Assembly (NCBI GenBank): GCA_022790855.1
Contig: JAAVYA010000002.1
Coordinates: forward strand, 49,054-113,053
Reading direction: 5' to 3'
From: Lachnospiraceae bacterium
GTDB lineage: Bacteria > Bacillota > Clostridia > Lachnospirales > Lachnospiraceae
Length of the DNA: 64,000 bases
A program made the position numbers and the translations under genes. A model generated the notes under the pieces. It saw only the letters and a list, made by a program, of their open reading frames with translations. It had not been told where the DNA came from and made no database searches. The number at the start of each line of letters is the position of its first letter. The first letter of the stretch is position 1. This document shows positions 37,707 through 47,116 of the stretch, one piece after another.

Positions 37707-40073
37707 ATGATAGAAGTAGTAAAAAGGGACGGGGTAATTGCTGAATTTCAGTTGTCAAAGATCAGCGATGCCATCTGCAAGGCATTTGAGGCGACAGAAA
37801 AGGAGTCCAATCCGGATATTATCCAACTGTTATCCCTTCGTGTGACAGCAGGTTTTCAACACAAAATCAAAAAATCCAGAATCCATGTGGAGGATGTACA
37901 GGACAGTGTGGAAGCGGTTCTGGAGCAGGCGGGCTATACAGATGTGGCAAAAGCATATATTCTCTATCGGAAACAGCGGGAAAAAATGCGGAATATGAAA
38001 TCCACAATTTTAGATTATAAGGAGATCGTAAACAGCTATGTGAAGGTGGAGGATTGGCGGGTAAAAGAGAATTCCACGGTGACCTATTCTGTAGGAGGGC
38101 TGATTTTAAGCAATTCCGGGGCGGTAACGGCCAATTACTGGCTCTCGGAAATCTATGACGACGAGATTGCCGGAGCTCACAGGAACGGGGATCTGCATAT
38201 CCACGATTTGTCCATGCTCACCGGATACTGCGCAGGCTGGTCCCTAAAGCAGCTGATCCAGGAAGGGCTGGGCGGTATTCCGGGGAAAATCACTTCTTCT
38301 CCGGCCAGGCATTTGTCCGTGCTTTGCAATCAAATGGTGAATTTTCTTGGAATTATGCAGAATGAGTGGGCCGGCGCCCAGGCATTTTCCTCCTTTGATA
38401 CCTATTTGGCGCCATTTGTAAAAGCAGACAATCTTTCTTATGAAGAAGTAAAAAAATGTATTGAAGCGTTTGTATTCGGTGTGAATACTCCAAGCCGCTG
38501 GGGAACGCAGGCGCCCTTTTCCAATATCACTTTGGACTGGACCGTTCCCGGGGATTTGGCGGAGCTTCCGGCGATTGTAGGCGGAAAAGAAATGGATTTT
38601 AAATACAAAGATTGCAAGAAAGAAATGGATATGGTAAATAAGGCGTTTTTGGAAACCATGATTGAAGGAGACGCCAATGGAAGAGGGTTCCAGTATCCCA
38701 TTCCTACCTATTCCATTACCCGGGACTTTGACTGGTCCGATACGGAAAATAACCGTCTGCTGTTTGAGATGACTGCCAAATACGGGACGCCTTATTTTTC
38801 CAATTATATCAACAGCGATATGGAGCCCAGCGACGTCCGCTCCATGTGCTGCCGCCTGCGGCTGGATCTTAGGGAACTGCGGAAAAAGTCCGGCGGGTTC
38901 TTTGGCTCCGGTGAGAGCACCGGTTCCGTGGGGGTTGTAACGATCAATATGCCGCGCATCGCCTATTTATCGGACGATGTAAACGATTTTTACCGCAGGC
39001 TGGACCGGATGATGGACATTGCGGCCCGCTCCCTGAAAATCAAGCGCGGCGTAGTGACAAAGCTTTTGGAAGAGGGGCTGTATCCTTATACCAAACGGTA
39101 TCTGGGTACCTTTGACAATCATTTTTCCACGATCGGGTTAATTGGGATGAATGAAGTGGGATTGAATGCAAAATGGCTGAAAAAAGATCTGACACATCCT
39201 GAAACCCAGCAGTTTACCAAAGAGGTACTGAACCATATGCGGGAGCGGCTGGCGGATTATCAGGAGAAATACGGAGACCTTTACAATCTGGAAGCTACCC
39301 CGGCTGAATCCACCACATACCGTCTGGCCAAGCATGACAAGCATCATTATCCGGGTATTATCACGGCAGGCAAAGAAGGGGATACGCCTTACTATACTAA
39401 CAGCTCCCATCTTCCGGTGGACTATACCGCAGACATTTTTGACGCTTTGGATATTCAGGATGAGCTTCAGACACTGTATACCTCCGGCACGGTATTTCAT
39501 GCATTTCTGGGAGAGAAGCTCCCGGATTGGCAGGCGGCTGCCAGCCTGGTAAAGAAGATAGCAGAGAATTACAAGCTTCCTTACTATACGATGTCTCCAA
39601 CCTATTCCATCTGTGAGGAGCACGGCTATATAACCGGAGAACACTTTACTTGTCCGATTTGCGGCAGGAAAGCGGAAGTGTACAGCCGTATTACCGGGTA
39701 CTATCGTCCGGTACAGAACTGGAATGACGGAAAGACCCAGGAATACAAGAACCGAAAGCTGTATGAGCCTGAGAATTCCTGCCTTCGGAGGGTACATACC
39801 AATATCGTTACGATCTCGGGGGATGATGTGAGAATAGAAGCTCCCGGCAGCGTGAAGTATCTGTTTACCACCAAGACTTGCCCCAACTGCGCTATGGCAA
39901 AGGAGATGCTGGCAGGAGAGCAGTATGTATTGATCGACGCTGAGGAGAATATGGAGCTGGCCCAAAAATTTGGCGTGATGCAGGCGCCGACTCTGGTTGT
40001 GGTGGAGGAAAAGAAAGCAGAAAAATATGTGAATGCTTCCAATATTCAGAAATATGTGGAGAGAAAATTATAA
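37707..40073 (+). CDS. nrdD: anaerobic ribonucleoside-triphosphate reductase with a C-terminal thioredoxin-fold extension
   Basis: ATP-cone N-terminus (VVKRDGVIAEFQLSKI), class III RNR body, Zn site (CEEHG...CPICG) and glycyl-radical motif SRITGYYRP. About 100 additional residues follow, containing CPNC. The ATG at 37707 follows ggaagg. Confidence 0.9.
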   Translation: MIEVVKRDGVIAEFQLSKISDAICKAFEATEKESNPDIIQLLSLRVTAGFQHKIKKSRIHVEDVQDSVEAVLEQAGYTDVAKAYILYRKQREKMRNMKSTILDYKEIVNSYVKVEDWRVKENSTVTYSVGGLILSNSGAVTANYWLSEIYDDEIAGAHRNGDLHIHDLSMLTGYCAGWSLKQLIQEGLGGIPGKITSSPARHLSVLCNQMVNFLGIMQNEWAGAQAFSSFDTYLAPFVKADNLSYEEVKKCIEAFVFGVNTPSRWGTQAPFSNITLDWTVPGDLAELPAIVGGKEMDFKYKDCKKEMDMVNKAFLETMIEGDANGRGFQYPIPTYSITRDFDWSDTENNRLLFEMTAKYGTPYFSNYINSDMEPSDVRSMCCRLRLDLRELRKKSGGFFGSGESTGSVGVVTINMPRIAYLSDDVNDFYRRLDRMMDIAARSLKIKRGVVTKLLEEGLYPYTKRYLGTFDNHFSTIGLIGMNEVGLNAKWLKKDLTHPETQQFTKEVLNHMRERLADYQEKYGDLYNLEATPAESTTYRLAKHDKHHYPGIITAGKEGDTPYYTNSSHLPVDYTADIFDALDIQDELQTLYTSGTVFHAFLGEKLPDWQAAASLVKKIAENYKLPYYTMSPTYSICEEHGYITGEHFTCPICGRKAEVYSRITGYYRPVQNWNDGKTQEYKNRKLYEPENSCLRRVHTNIVTISGDDVRIEAPGSVKYLFTTKTCPNCAMAKEMLAGEQYVLIDAEENMELAQKFGVMQAPTLVVVEEKKAEKYVNASNIQKYVERKL

Positions 40074-40222
40074 CATGAACAAAACAGTAATATTCAGGGG
40101 TTGTCGTTTTAAAAATAGGAATGAAGCCGTCAAGGCTCCATTTTTACGATACCTCGGTGCAGAAGTGGAATATGCCCCTGCATATTTGGGGGGACTCGTA
40201 ATTACAAACGGGAGAAATACAC

Positions 40223-41026
40223 ATGTTTAGTGTCATAATCCCCACGTACAACTGTGAAAAAACGATCAGGCACGTACTGGATTCCGTAAGACGGCAGACG
40301 CGTTTTGATCTGGTGGAAGAAATTATTGTGCTCAACGACGGTTCCACTGACCGCACCGGAAAAATCGTGGAAGATTATAGGGTCCGTCATCCGGATATGC
40401 CCATTCTATATTTTCATCACAAGAATCACGGAGTTTCTTATACCAGAAACAGGGGGATCCGCGCAGCAAAAGCAGAATGGATCGCTTTGCTGGATGGGGA
40501 TGATGTTTGGATGGAACAGAAATTGGAACGGCAGGCACAGATTCTGGCACAGTATCCGGACATCTGTTTTCTGGGTGCAATGGAGCCACTAAAAATCCTT
40601 GTGAGAAGACGCCATGGACTATGTAAAATGTCAGCTGCCGATCTCTGCCTGCGCAGTTTTACGCCTACCCCTTCCGTCGTCTTCAAAAAGTCCGCCGGAG
40701 AAGCATTGGGCTTATTTGATGAAAGACGGCAGTTCGCTGAGGATGAACAATTTTTCCAGCGTTTCTTGTTGTATGACAGTTATTACATGCTGGCAGAGAA
40801 ATTAGTTCAAATTTCCATTCAGAAAAAATACGATGGGGAAAGCGGCCTTTCCTCCCACTTAAGAGAATGCAGCAGGGGCAGGGATAAAAATATCATAGAA
40901 TTATACCGCATGGGGCTGATTGGCAAGCCCTTTATGGCTGCTATGCTTCTATTCAGCCAGATGAAATTTTGCAGGAGATGGCTCATCCGGTCGGCCCACA
41001 GATGCACTGCCAAACTACATGTATGA
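40223..41026 (+). CDS. glycosyltransferase family 2
   Basis: N-terminus FSVIIPTYNCEKTI and the DxD region LLDGDD. Confidence 0.8.
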   Translation: MFSVIIPTYNCEKTIRHVLDSVRRQTRFDLVEEIIVLNDGSTDRTGKIVEDYRVRHPDMPILYFHHKNHGVSYTRNRGIRAAKAEWIALLDGDDVWMEQKLERQAQILAQYPDICFLGAMEPLKILVRRRHGLCKMSAADLCLRSFTPTPSVVFKKSAGEALGLFDERRQFAEDEQFFQRFLLYDSYYMLAEKLVQISIQKKYDGESGLSSHLRECSRGRDKNIIELYRMGLIGKPFMAAMLLFSQMKFCRRWLIRSAHRCTAKLHV

Positions 41027-41973
41027 AGTACGATATCATTATTCCCATTTACAATATCCAGCAGGATCTGGAAAAATGTTTAAACAGCATACTGCGTCAG
41101 ACTTACGGCAATTTCCGCGCGATCATGGTGGACGACGGTTCTACCGATCAAAGCTCCTTCATTGCAAAAAGCTTTGCCGCAAAAGATTCCCGTTTTGAAT
41201 ATTATAGGAAAGAAAACGGCGGCCTTTCCGATGCCAGAAATTATGGAATCGCAAAAGCGTCCTCGGAATATCTTCTATTTGTGGACGGGGATGATTTTCT
41301 TGAGGAACGGGCGCTTTCTGTAATCGATGGGGAACTCTCTAAGCATCCGGTGGATGTTCTGGAATTTAACGGATGGATTGTAGAGCATGAAGAGAAGATC
41401 GGACGTGTGAATTGCAATTATATTGATGCAGGCAAGGTGAAAACCGGCAAAGATTACATGTTAGATAATGTAAAAGCAAGGCTGATGGTTTCCGTCGTCT
41501 GGCTCAAGGCCGTCCGGCGCAGTCTGATTTTAGAACACCGCCATTATTTTGCAAAAGGTATGCTCCATGAAGACGAGCTTTGGACGCCTAAGCTCTACCT
41601 GCTGGCAGATACGGTGATCTATATAGACGACTGTCTGTACAATTATGTCCAGCGGGAGGGCTCCATTATGCATCGCGCCAACAAAGAGGAAAACGTACGC
41701 CATGCAAAGAAAATCTTTTTTCAGTTGGAGAATTATTACCGAAGCCTTGGTTTCACCAGACGCCAGCGCAATATCCTGACAAGCTACTTGGCCCGGCAGA
41801 TGATCAGCATCTGCCAATTGTCTGAAAAAGAAGGCATGACGCGCCAGGATAAGAAATTTATCCTGCGGAATGCCCGGGATATCAAAAGCATTGGAAAAAT
41901 GATATTGTACTTTGTTTTCCCAAGACGGTATCTTGCTGTAAGCGAACGCATGAAAAAGATGATAAAATATTAG
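41023..41973 (+). CDS. glycosyltransferase family 2
   Basis: YDIIIPIYNIQQDLEKCL, VDDGSTD, FVDGDD. ATGA overlap with the previous gene. Confidence 0.8.
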   Translation: MKYDIIIPIYNIQQDLEKCLNSILRQTYGNFRAIMVDDGSTDQSSFIAKSFAAKDSRFEYYRKENGGLSDARNYGIAKASSEYLLFVDGDDFLEERALSVIDGELSKHPVDVLEFNGWIVEHEEKIGRVNCNYIDAGKVKTGKDYMLDNVKARLMVSVVWLKAVRRSLILEHRHYFAKGMLHEDELWTPKLYLLADTVIYIDDCLYNYVQREGSIMHRANKEENVRHAKKIFFQLENYYRSLGFTRRQRNILTSYLARQMISICQLSEKEGMTRQDKKFILRNARDIKSIGKMILYFVFPRRYLAVSERMKKMIKY

Positions 41974-41983
41974 AGGTTCTTCT

Positions 41984-42742
41984 ATGATTCCAAAAAAAAT
42001 ACATTATTTCTGGGTTGGCGGCAATCCCATGCCTGAAAAGAATAAAGCCTGCGTCGAAAGCTGGAAAAAGTTCTGTCCGGATTATGAGATCATCCAATGG
42101 GATGAATCCAACTATGATTTCTCCGTATGCACTTATATGTCCCAGGCCTATGAGGCCAAGCTTTGGGGCTTTGTTCCTGATTATGCCAGGCTGGATATTA
42201 TTTACCGGGAAGGCGGGATTTACCTGGACACAGATGTGGAATTGCTGCGAAGCCCGGATCCTCTCTTAAGCTGCAAAGCTTTTCTGGGCTTTGAAAACCA
42301 GACGTCCGTAGCGCCAGGATTAGGGTTTGGCGCGGAGCCTGGAAATGAGATGTTGAAACAGATGCGGGATTTGTATCATACACTTTCTTTTTACGATAAA
42401 AACGGTACGCCAAATATCATACCTTCCCCCGTATACGCCACAGAATTTTTGGAATCCTATGGCTTAAAGCTCAATGGAAAACAACAGTCTGTGCATGGAA
42501 TTGACATATTCCCCGCTGAATATTTTGCACCTCTTTGCTATACGGACAACCGGTTGAGAATCACACAAAATACTTACAGCATCCATTGGTATCATGCCTC
42601 CTGGCATACTCCGGAACAGAAGAAACAAACCAGGCGGGTTCAGAGAGTGAACCGGATATTTGGCCATCGCCTGGGCAGGATCATCAACAGGGGCTGTTCC
42701 GTCATTTTGAGAGTGAAGCGGCGTGTTTTTGGAAAAAAGTAA
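41984..42742 (+). CDS. glycosyltransferase with DXD sugar-binding region (GT32-like)
   Basis: IPKKIHYFWVGG ... ARLDIIYREGGIYLDTDVE is typical of Gly_transf_sug / OCH1-like enzymes. Confidence 0.75.
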   Translation: MIPKKIHYFWVGGNPMPEKNKACVESWKKFCPDYEIIQWDESNYDFSVCTYMSQAYEAKLWGFVPDYARLDIIYREGGIYLDTDVELLRSPDPLLSCKAFLGFENQTSVAPGLGFGAEPGNEMLKQMRDLYHTLSFYDKNGTPNIIPSPVYATEFLESYGLKLNGKQQSVHGIDIFPAEYFAPLCYTDNRLRITQNTYSIHWYHASWHTPEQKKQTRRVQRVNRIFGHRLGRIINRGCSVILRVKRRVFGKK

Positions 42743-42749
42743 GTTCAAG

Positions 42750-43010
42750 TTCTCATAAGTTCTGATGGAAAACGGTGGGAGTACGGGAAAGAAACCAGAA
42801 ACAATAGAGCGGTACTTTCTGGCTTGAAAACGGGAAGTTCTTATTATGTATGCGTTCGCGGAGTTATTCAAGATGCCAAAACTGGGGAAAGGACGTCGTA
42901 TGGCCCTTATTCTGAAATATTAGAATGTGTTACGGCACCAGGGAAGGTAAGTAATATAAGAAAGACGGCTTCTACCGCCACAAGCATGAAGTAATTGAAA
43001 GGGAAATCGC
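42750..43010 (+). pseudogene. fragment of an Fn3-repeat surface protein gene (paralogue of 45120-46373)
   Basis: The translation ...KTGSSYYVCVRGVIQDAKTGERTSYGPYSEILECVTAPGKVSNIRKTASTATSMK* aligns with NTGSSYYVRVRGFIQDKDEKFYGPYSATTECVTSPKGDTEYVRKIGSTTTSMK of the intact gene. The nucleotide string gatggaaaacggtggg is identical at 42764 and 45321. There is no start, no signal peptide, and a premature stop at 42991. Confidence 0.65.
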
Positions 43011-43208
43011 TGAAAAAAGGAACGACTGTTCGTGCAATTGATGGCAGTAGGCCAGAGACAAGGGGCTGCAGGGAAATGGGCAGCCTCTTATAATAGCATG
43101 GGTTTTGTCATTTTATAGATACTTTCATGACTATCACAAAACTTTACAATCAGAGGAAAAACAGAGCCAGAAGCTATTTTGGAGTATTACTGGTTCTAGG
43201 ATAACGCT

Positions 43209-43935
43209 CTATGCGTTCCGTTCTGCTTTCAACCGGTTTATTTCTTCCAAGGAAAGTCCTGAAATATTCGCAATTTCTTCAAGCAAATATTTTCCAGCCT
43301 CTAACATTCGGATGACTGTCACCTTTTTTTCTTCCTGAATTCCTTCTTTCAGGGATTCATTTCTCATATCCTCCATGATGCGGCACATCTCACTCACTCC
43401 CTTCGGATTTTCTTTCAGATACCGTGTCCGGTCTGCCATCAGTTCAAAATGCATATCGGATGCCTGCGTACAATTAAAATCATGCATGAGTTTTCCAAGA
43501 CTGGATTCTCCCCGGTACTCCCCATTTACATATAGAATATGTTCTCCATCTCCAAAAGATTTACCTGTGTCAAGGTTCATCCGCTCAATATGATAGACGG
43601 GTTTGCCTTTTTCGTAAAAATCTTTCTCGATGATGAAAATCGTATAAGTGTCTGGCAGTTCTATAAATTCCTGCCCGGAATGAAGGTTCTCTACATCCAT
43701 GACGCTGGAATGGTATCTTGCCCTGTGGGGGTTGGCCCCTTTTTCCTGTCTTTGGATTTCCAGATCGTATCGTTTACCAGATGAATCTATACCATATGCG
43801 TCCAGGCAGATAGACCGTGCGCCGGCCAGCCGTTTCATATCCTTTTGTGTTTCGCAGTCGGTGATGGTCTATTCCTACCTGCCTTTCCGTTCAGTTTCGT
43901 AGTTCCATACTACCATAAACCTCCTGATTTTACAA
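43209..43935 (-). pseudogene. Rpn-family PD-(D/E)xK recombination-promoting nuclease / putative transposase, N-terminally decayed
   Basis: The ORF 43209-43838 carries the family core (ICLDAYGIDSSGKRYDLEIQ ... RARYHSSVMD ... TYTIFIIEKDFY) and a C-terminal HTH-like tail (EEIANISGLSLEEINRLK). The upstream 100 nt still read family-like (ITDCETQKD) but contain in-frame stops. The usual N-terminal roughly 50 aa is missing. Confidence 0.6.
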
Positions 43936-44165
43936 GCTGGGGCCAGAGCGCGTTTCTTATAAGGAAACATGATATGATTGCCCAACGGCTTGCCACGGGG
44001 TATTTTATAGTATCTTTCTGTTATACCTATGGTAGAAAATGAAACCAAAAATTATTATTTTTTTCTTAAATTGTGAAAATTTTGTGAAAAACATAATAGA
44101 CATATTTGAACCTAAGTGCTAAAATAGAGAATACAAAAATGAGCGTTAAGAACGTTAGGAAAGGA

Positions 44166-45041
44166 ATGAGTGCTATGAGAACACGAAAAGTATTTAACAG
44201 AGTAGCAAGTCTCATGCTTGCGGTAGTGATGATGGTAGGCATCTTTTCAGCTGTATCACCGCAGCAGGCGGAAGCGGCGGCAAAAACAAAAAGCTTTAAG
44301 TCTACGGGGACATCATCAGTGACTATTAAAGATTCTGAATGTTACAGCAAAAGCGGAAAAAGAAATGTACATTGGATCAAGTTTAAAGCGGGCGTTACAG
44401 GATATGTTACTATAACAATGACGGATGCATCTAAGGATTATTCTTACTCTGCCGGATATGTTACTTTTTGCAATAGTAAAAAAGGTGCGATAGGTCAAAA
44501 GAAAGAATATTGGCAGACGAATTCTTCCTATAATCTTCGGAAAACAAAGACTTATGGCATAAGGAAAAACAAGACATATTATTTCAGGGTTGAATGTGCG
44601 GCAGGCGCAAAGTTGAAGGCAACTGTAAAATCTGTAAAAAAGTCTACGGCAAATACCAAAGCCAAAGCCAAAAGTTTATGGAAGAAGAAACAGGTTTCAG
44701 GCATCATGGTTGCAGGAGAGAGTAAAGCTGATTGGTATAAAATTAAATTGACTAAGAGTCAAATTTTGAAATTAACTTATTCTGCAAAAACAAATGGTGA
44801 GAATGACTATGCTGGGATCAAGGTATCTTTCTATAAGAGCAATGGAAAGCTGTTTATGAACAATGGCCCCACAAATCGTTCGGTAGACTGGGTGTCTCCG
44901 TTGAATCCCAGCAGCTGGATGAGATTTTATCGTACCGTTAATTACTCGCAGAAGATTGGGATTCCAGCTGGCACATATTATGTAAAGGTAGAACGTTATG
45001 ATAAGTATTCTTCTGGATACTATACCTTAAAATGGCAGTAA
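44166..45041 (+). CDS. secreted protein with two PPC (pre-peptidase C-terminal)-like beta-rich repeats, function unknown
   Basis: Signal peptide RKVFNRVASLMLAVVMMVGIFSAVSPQQAEA. Two repeats follow with the D/H-W-Y/I-K-hydrophobic pattern (VHWIKFKAGVTGYVTI and ADWYKIKLTKSQILKL). The start could be 44139, 44166 or 44175. Confidence 0.55.
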   Translation: MSAMRTRKVFNRVASLMLAVVMMVGIFSAVSPQQAEAAAKTKSFKSTGTSSVTIKDSECYSKSGKRNVHWIKFKAGVTGYVTITMTDASKDYSYSAGYVTFCNSKKGAIGQKKEYWQTNSSYNLRKTKTYGIRKNKTYYFRVECAAGAKLKATVKSVKKSTANTKAKAKSLWKKKQVSGIMVAGESKADWYKIKLTKSQILKLTYSAKTNGENDYAGIKVSFYKSNGKLFMNNGPTNRSVDWVSPLNPSSWMRFYRTVNYSQKIGIPAGTYYVKVERYDKYSSGYYTLKWQ

Positions 45042-45055
45042 GCTTTGTAAATAAT

Positions 45056-45099
45056 GCAGGACACATCGGGGACTGCCTTGTGTCCTGCATTTTTAATTT
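45056..45099 (+). terminator. rho-independent terminator
   Basis: gcaggacaca-N13-tgtgtcctgc followed by atttttaattt. Confidence 0.7.
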
Positions 45100-45119
45100 A
45101 TTTGAAAGGGGGAGACAAT

Positions 45120-46373
45120 ATGAAAAAACTTAGAATGTATGTCTTTGGAATCATAGCTTCCATGCTTTTCACTTGTTTATTCTTAGGTGTTCAAGTAAAA
45201 GCGTCGTCGCCATCTCAGATTACAGGCTTAAAACAGACTAATTCCAGTACAAACAGCGTCAGTTTGGAATGGAATGCATTGCTGGAGAATAATGCATATT
45301 ATCAGGTTGATATAAGCCAGGATGGAAAACGGTGGGTTACCAAAAAAGAGAAGGAGTATGCCAATCGTACTACAATTTACTCCCTGAACACCGGAAGTTC
45401 TTACTATGTACGTGTTCGCGGATTTATCCAAGATAAGGATGAAAAGTTCTATGGCCCTTATTCTGCCACAACGGAGTGCGTAACATCTCCCAAAGGGGAT
45501 ACAGAATATGTAAGAAAGATAGGTTCTACCACCACAAGCATGAAATTAAATTGGAAGGCTGTGCCCGGCGCGAATGCATACATTATAAAGTACCGTAAGG
45601 CCAGTGGGTCGAGCAATACTGAAAAATCAGTACGTTCAACAAATACCACTGTAACGTTAAAGAAATTGTCTGCATCTGCAACGTATCATGTGACTGTTTA
45701 TGGCGTAAGAAAAACAAAGAATGGGAAATATTATACAGAAGCCAGCTATAGTTCCAGCAAGAGTGTTTATGGCCTTGGGGTAACCCCTGGCAAAGTGACA
45801 GGGGTAGAGTGCGATTATTTTTTCCAGACGCTTAAACAGATTTCCGTGAAGTACAAAAAGCTTCCCAGCGCAGAGGGATATAAGGTAGAAGTATGGACTG
45901 CAAATAAGAAAAAAGACACTAAAATAGCGACAGTGTCAGGAAGCTCCCTTGGAGCAGATATAGCCAAGTCTGTATTTGGCAAGCACAATATGATCAAAAT
46001 CCGTGTCTGTGCGTATACCGAGAATTATAACGGCAAGAAAGTATACGGGAAATGGTCGGCCTGGAAATATGTATGTCCCCAGCCCGACGTGACAAATATC
46101 AAAAAAAGCGGCAGTGGGCTGACCCTTACTTGGGATAAGATTTCTGGAGCGAACCGATATGAAGTATATGCTTCCACGAAGAAGAATTCTGGTTATAAAA
46201 AAGTAAAAACAACTACAGGTACACGGTTTACACTGACCAGTTTTAATAAGAAGCCATTGAAAAAAGGAAAAACGTATTATTTCTACGTAGTCGCTTATAA
46301 AAAAGTCGGGAGCAAATATTATTCCGGAGAAGCAGGAAATGCACATTACTGCTGGGGTAAAAAATTTCAATAA
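45120..46373 (+). CDS. secreted protein made of about four fibronectin type III-like repeats
   Basis: Signal peptide MKKLRMYVFGIIASMLFTCLFLGVQVKASS. Repeated blocks follow: S..L.W..V.GA..Y ... Y.V.V.A/GY. Confidence 0.7.
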   Translation: MKKLRMYVFGIIASMLFTCLFLGVQVKASSPSQITGLKQTNSSTNSVSLEWNALLENNAYYQVDISQDGKRWVTKKEKEYANRTTIYSLNTGSSYYVRVRGFIQDKDEKFYGPYSATTECVTSPKGDTEYVRKIGSTTTSMKLNWKAVPGANAYIIKYRKASGSSNTEKSVRSTNTTVTLKKLSASATYHVTVYGVRKTKNGKYYTEASYSSSKSVYGLGVTPGKVTGVECDYFFQTLKQISVKYKKLPSAEGYKVEVWTANKKKDTKIATVSGSSLGADIAKSVFGKHNMIKIRVCAYTENYNGKKVYGKWSAWKYVCPQPDVTNIKKSGSGLTLTWDKISGANRYEVYASTKKNSGYKKVKTTTGTRFTLTSFNKKPLKKGKTYYFYVVAYKKVGSKYYSGEAGNAHYCWGKKFQ

Positions 46374-46460
46374 TTATTATTGATTATTGCCGGGGAGCCG
46401 GACGCTGAATCAACTGACTACTTTGCTTGAGGAATGTCTCACGTAATACCTGTAAAAAGA

Positions 46461-46505
46461 CTGGGATGGCGGCATGCCAAAACACCTGCCATCCCAGCCT
46501 TTTTA
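46461..46505 (+). terminator. rho-independent terminator
   Basis: ctgggatggc-N17-gccatcccag followed by cctttttat. Confidence 0.65.
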
Positions 46506-46665
46506 TGCCGGCATTCTTAGGATTGCCAAAAACATAAAATCGACAGAGGATTCTTACATATCTAATTACGACATGTTCTTTTTTCAAATATTACACAAGA
46601 CTATAAATTTTGACTGATTTATAAATATTTTATGCAAAGACCTAAGAAACCGCTGCATTTTCCTA

Positions 46666-46694
46666 TTGTATTTTCACCGCCGAAGTGCTATAAT
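46666..46694 (+). promoter_or_regulatory. sigma-A promoter of the riboswitch-controlled operon
   Basis: TTGTAT, 17-nt spacer, TATAAT. Confidence 0.55.
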
Positions 46695-46704
46695 ATGTAA
46701 AACT

Positions 46705-46890
46705 AAATAAGAACAGTCGGTGCCGTTATCTGAGACAAGATAACGGGTAAAAGGGAAACAGGTGAGAATCCTGTACGATCTCGTCACTGTAAGCAAGGAG
46801 TGTAAAACCCGTGTTGGACACAGCCACTGAACCTTCGGGAAGGCGGTTTTGCATGATGATCTGCAAGTCAGGAAACCTGCCGCCTGTTGG
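46705..46890 (+). promoter_or_regulatory. cobalamin (AdoCbl) riboswitch
   Basis: Conserved core aaaagggaaacaggtgagaatcctgtac ... cactgtaag ... gccactg, and a B12 box aagtcaggaaacctgccg at 46865-46882. Confidence 0.85.
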
Positions 46891-46971
46891 TACGGGAATG
46901 TAGATTCCAGATCACGAGTAATTGGTTGTACCGTAGGAAGCCGGCTGCCGGCTTCTCCATATCGCCTTTTA

Positions 46972-47022
46972 CTTCATCGGTAGAAGGTTTTTTTATTTAC
47001 CGATGAAGGGTTTCTTTGTGTT
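46972..47022 (+). terminator. candidate expression-platform terminator of the riboswitch
   Basis: The 11-bp stem cttcatcggta / taccgatgaag (46972-47008) is followed by ggtttctttgtgtt. A second hairpin gaagccgg-ctg-ccggcttc lies at 46937-46955. Confidence 0.45.
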
Positions 47023-47116
47023 CCCGTGCTTTGGCTTTGGAACTATACAGGGCATATCGTATACCACGCCTTTCAGGCGGGCAATTAGGATATGGTCAAA
47101 AAAGGAGGACAAGGAA

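Noticed and set aside
40075-40230. Small ORF (about 51 aa, MNKTVIFRGCRF...) between nrdD and the first glycosyltransferase, considered as a mini-NrdG or other partner.
   Set aside because: It has no radical-SAM CxxxCxxC motif, a weak RBS, and it overlaps the next gene's start. No family resemblance was found.
46384-46587. 67-aa minus-strand ORF downstream of the Fn3 gene.
   Set aside because: It spans the bidirectional terminator hairpin at 46461-46497 and has no motifs. It is probably non-coding, or at most an unrecognisable gene fragment.
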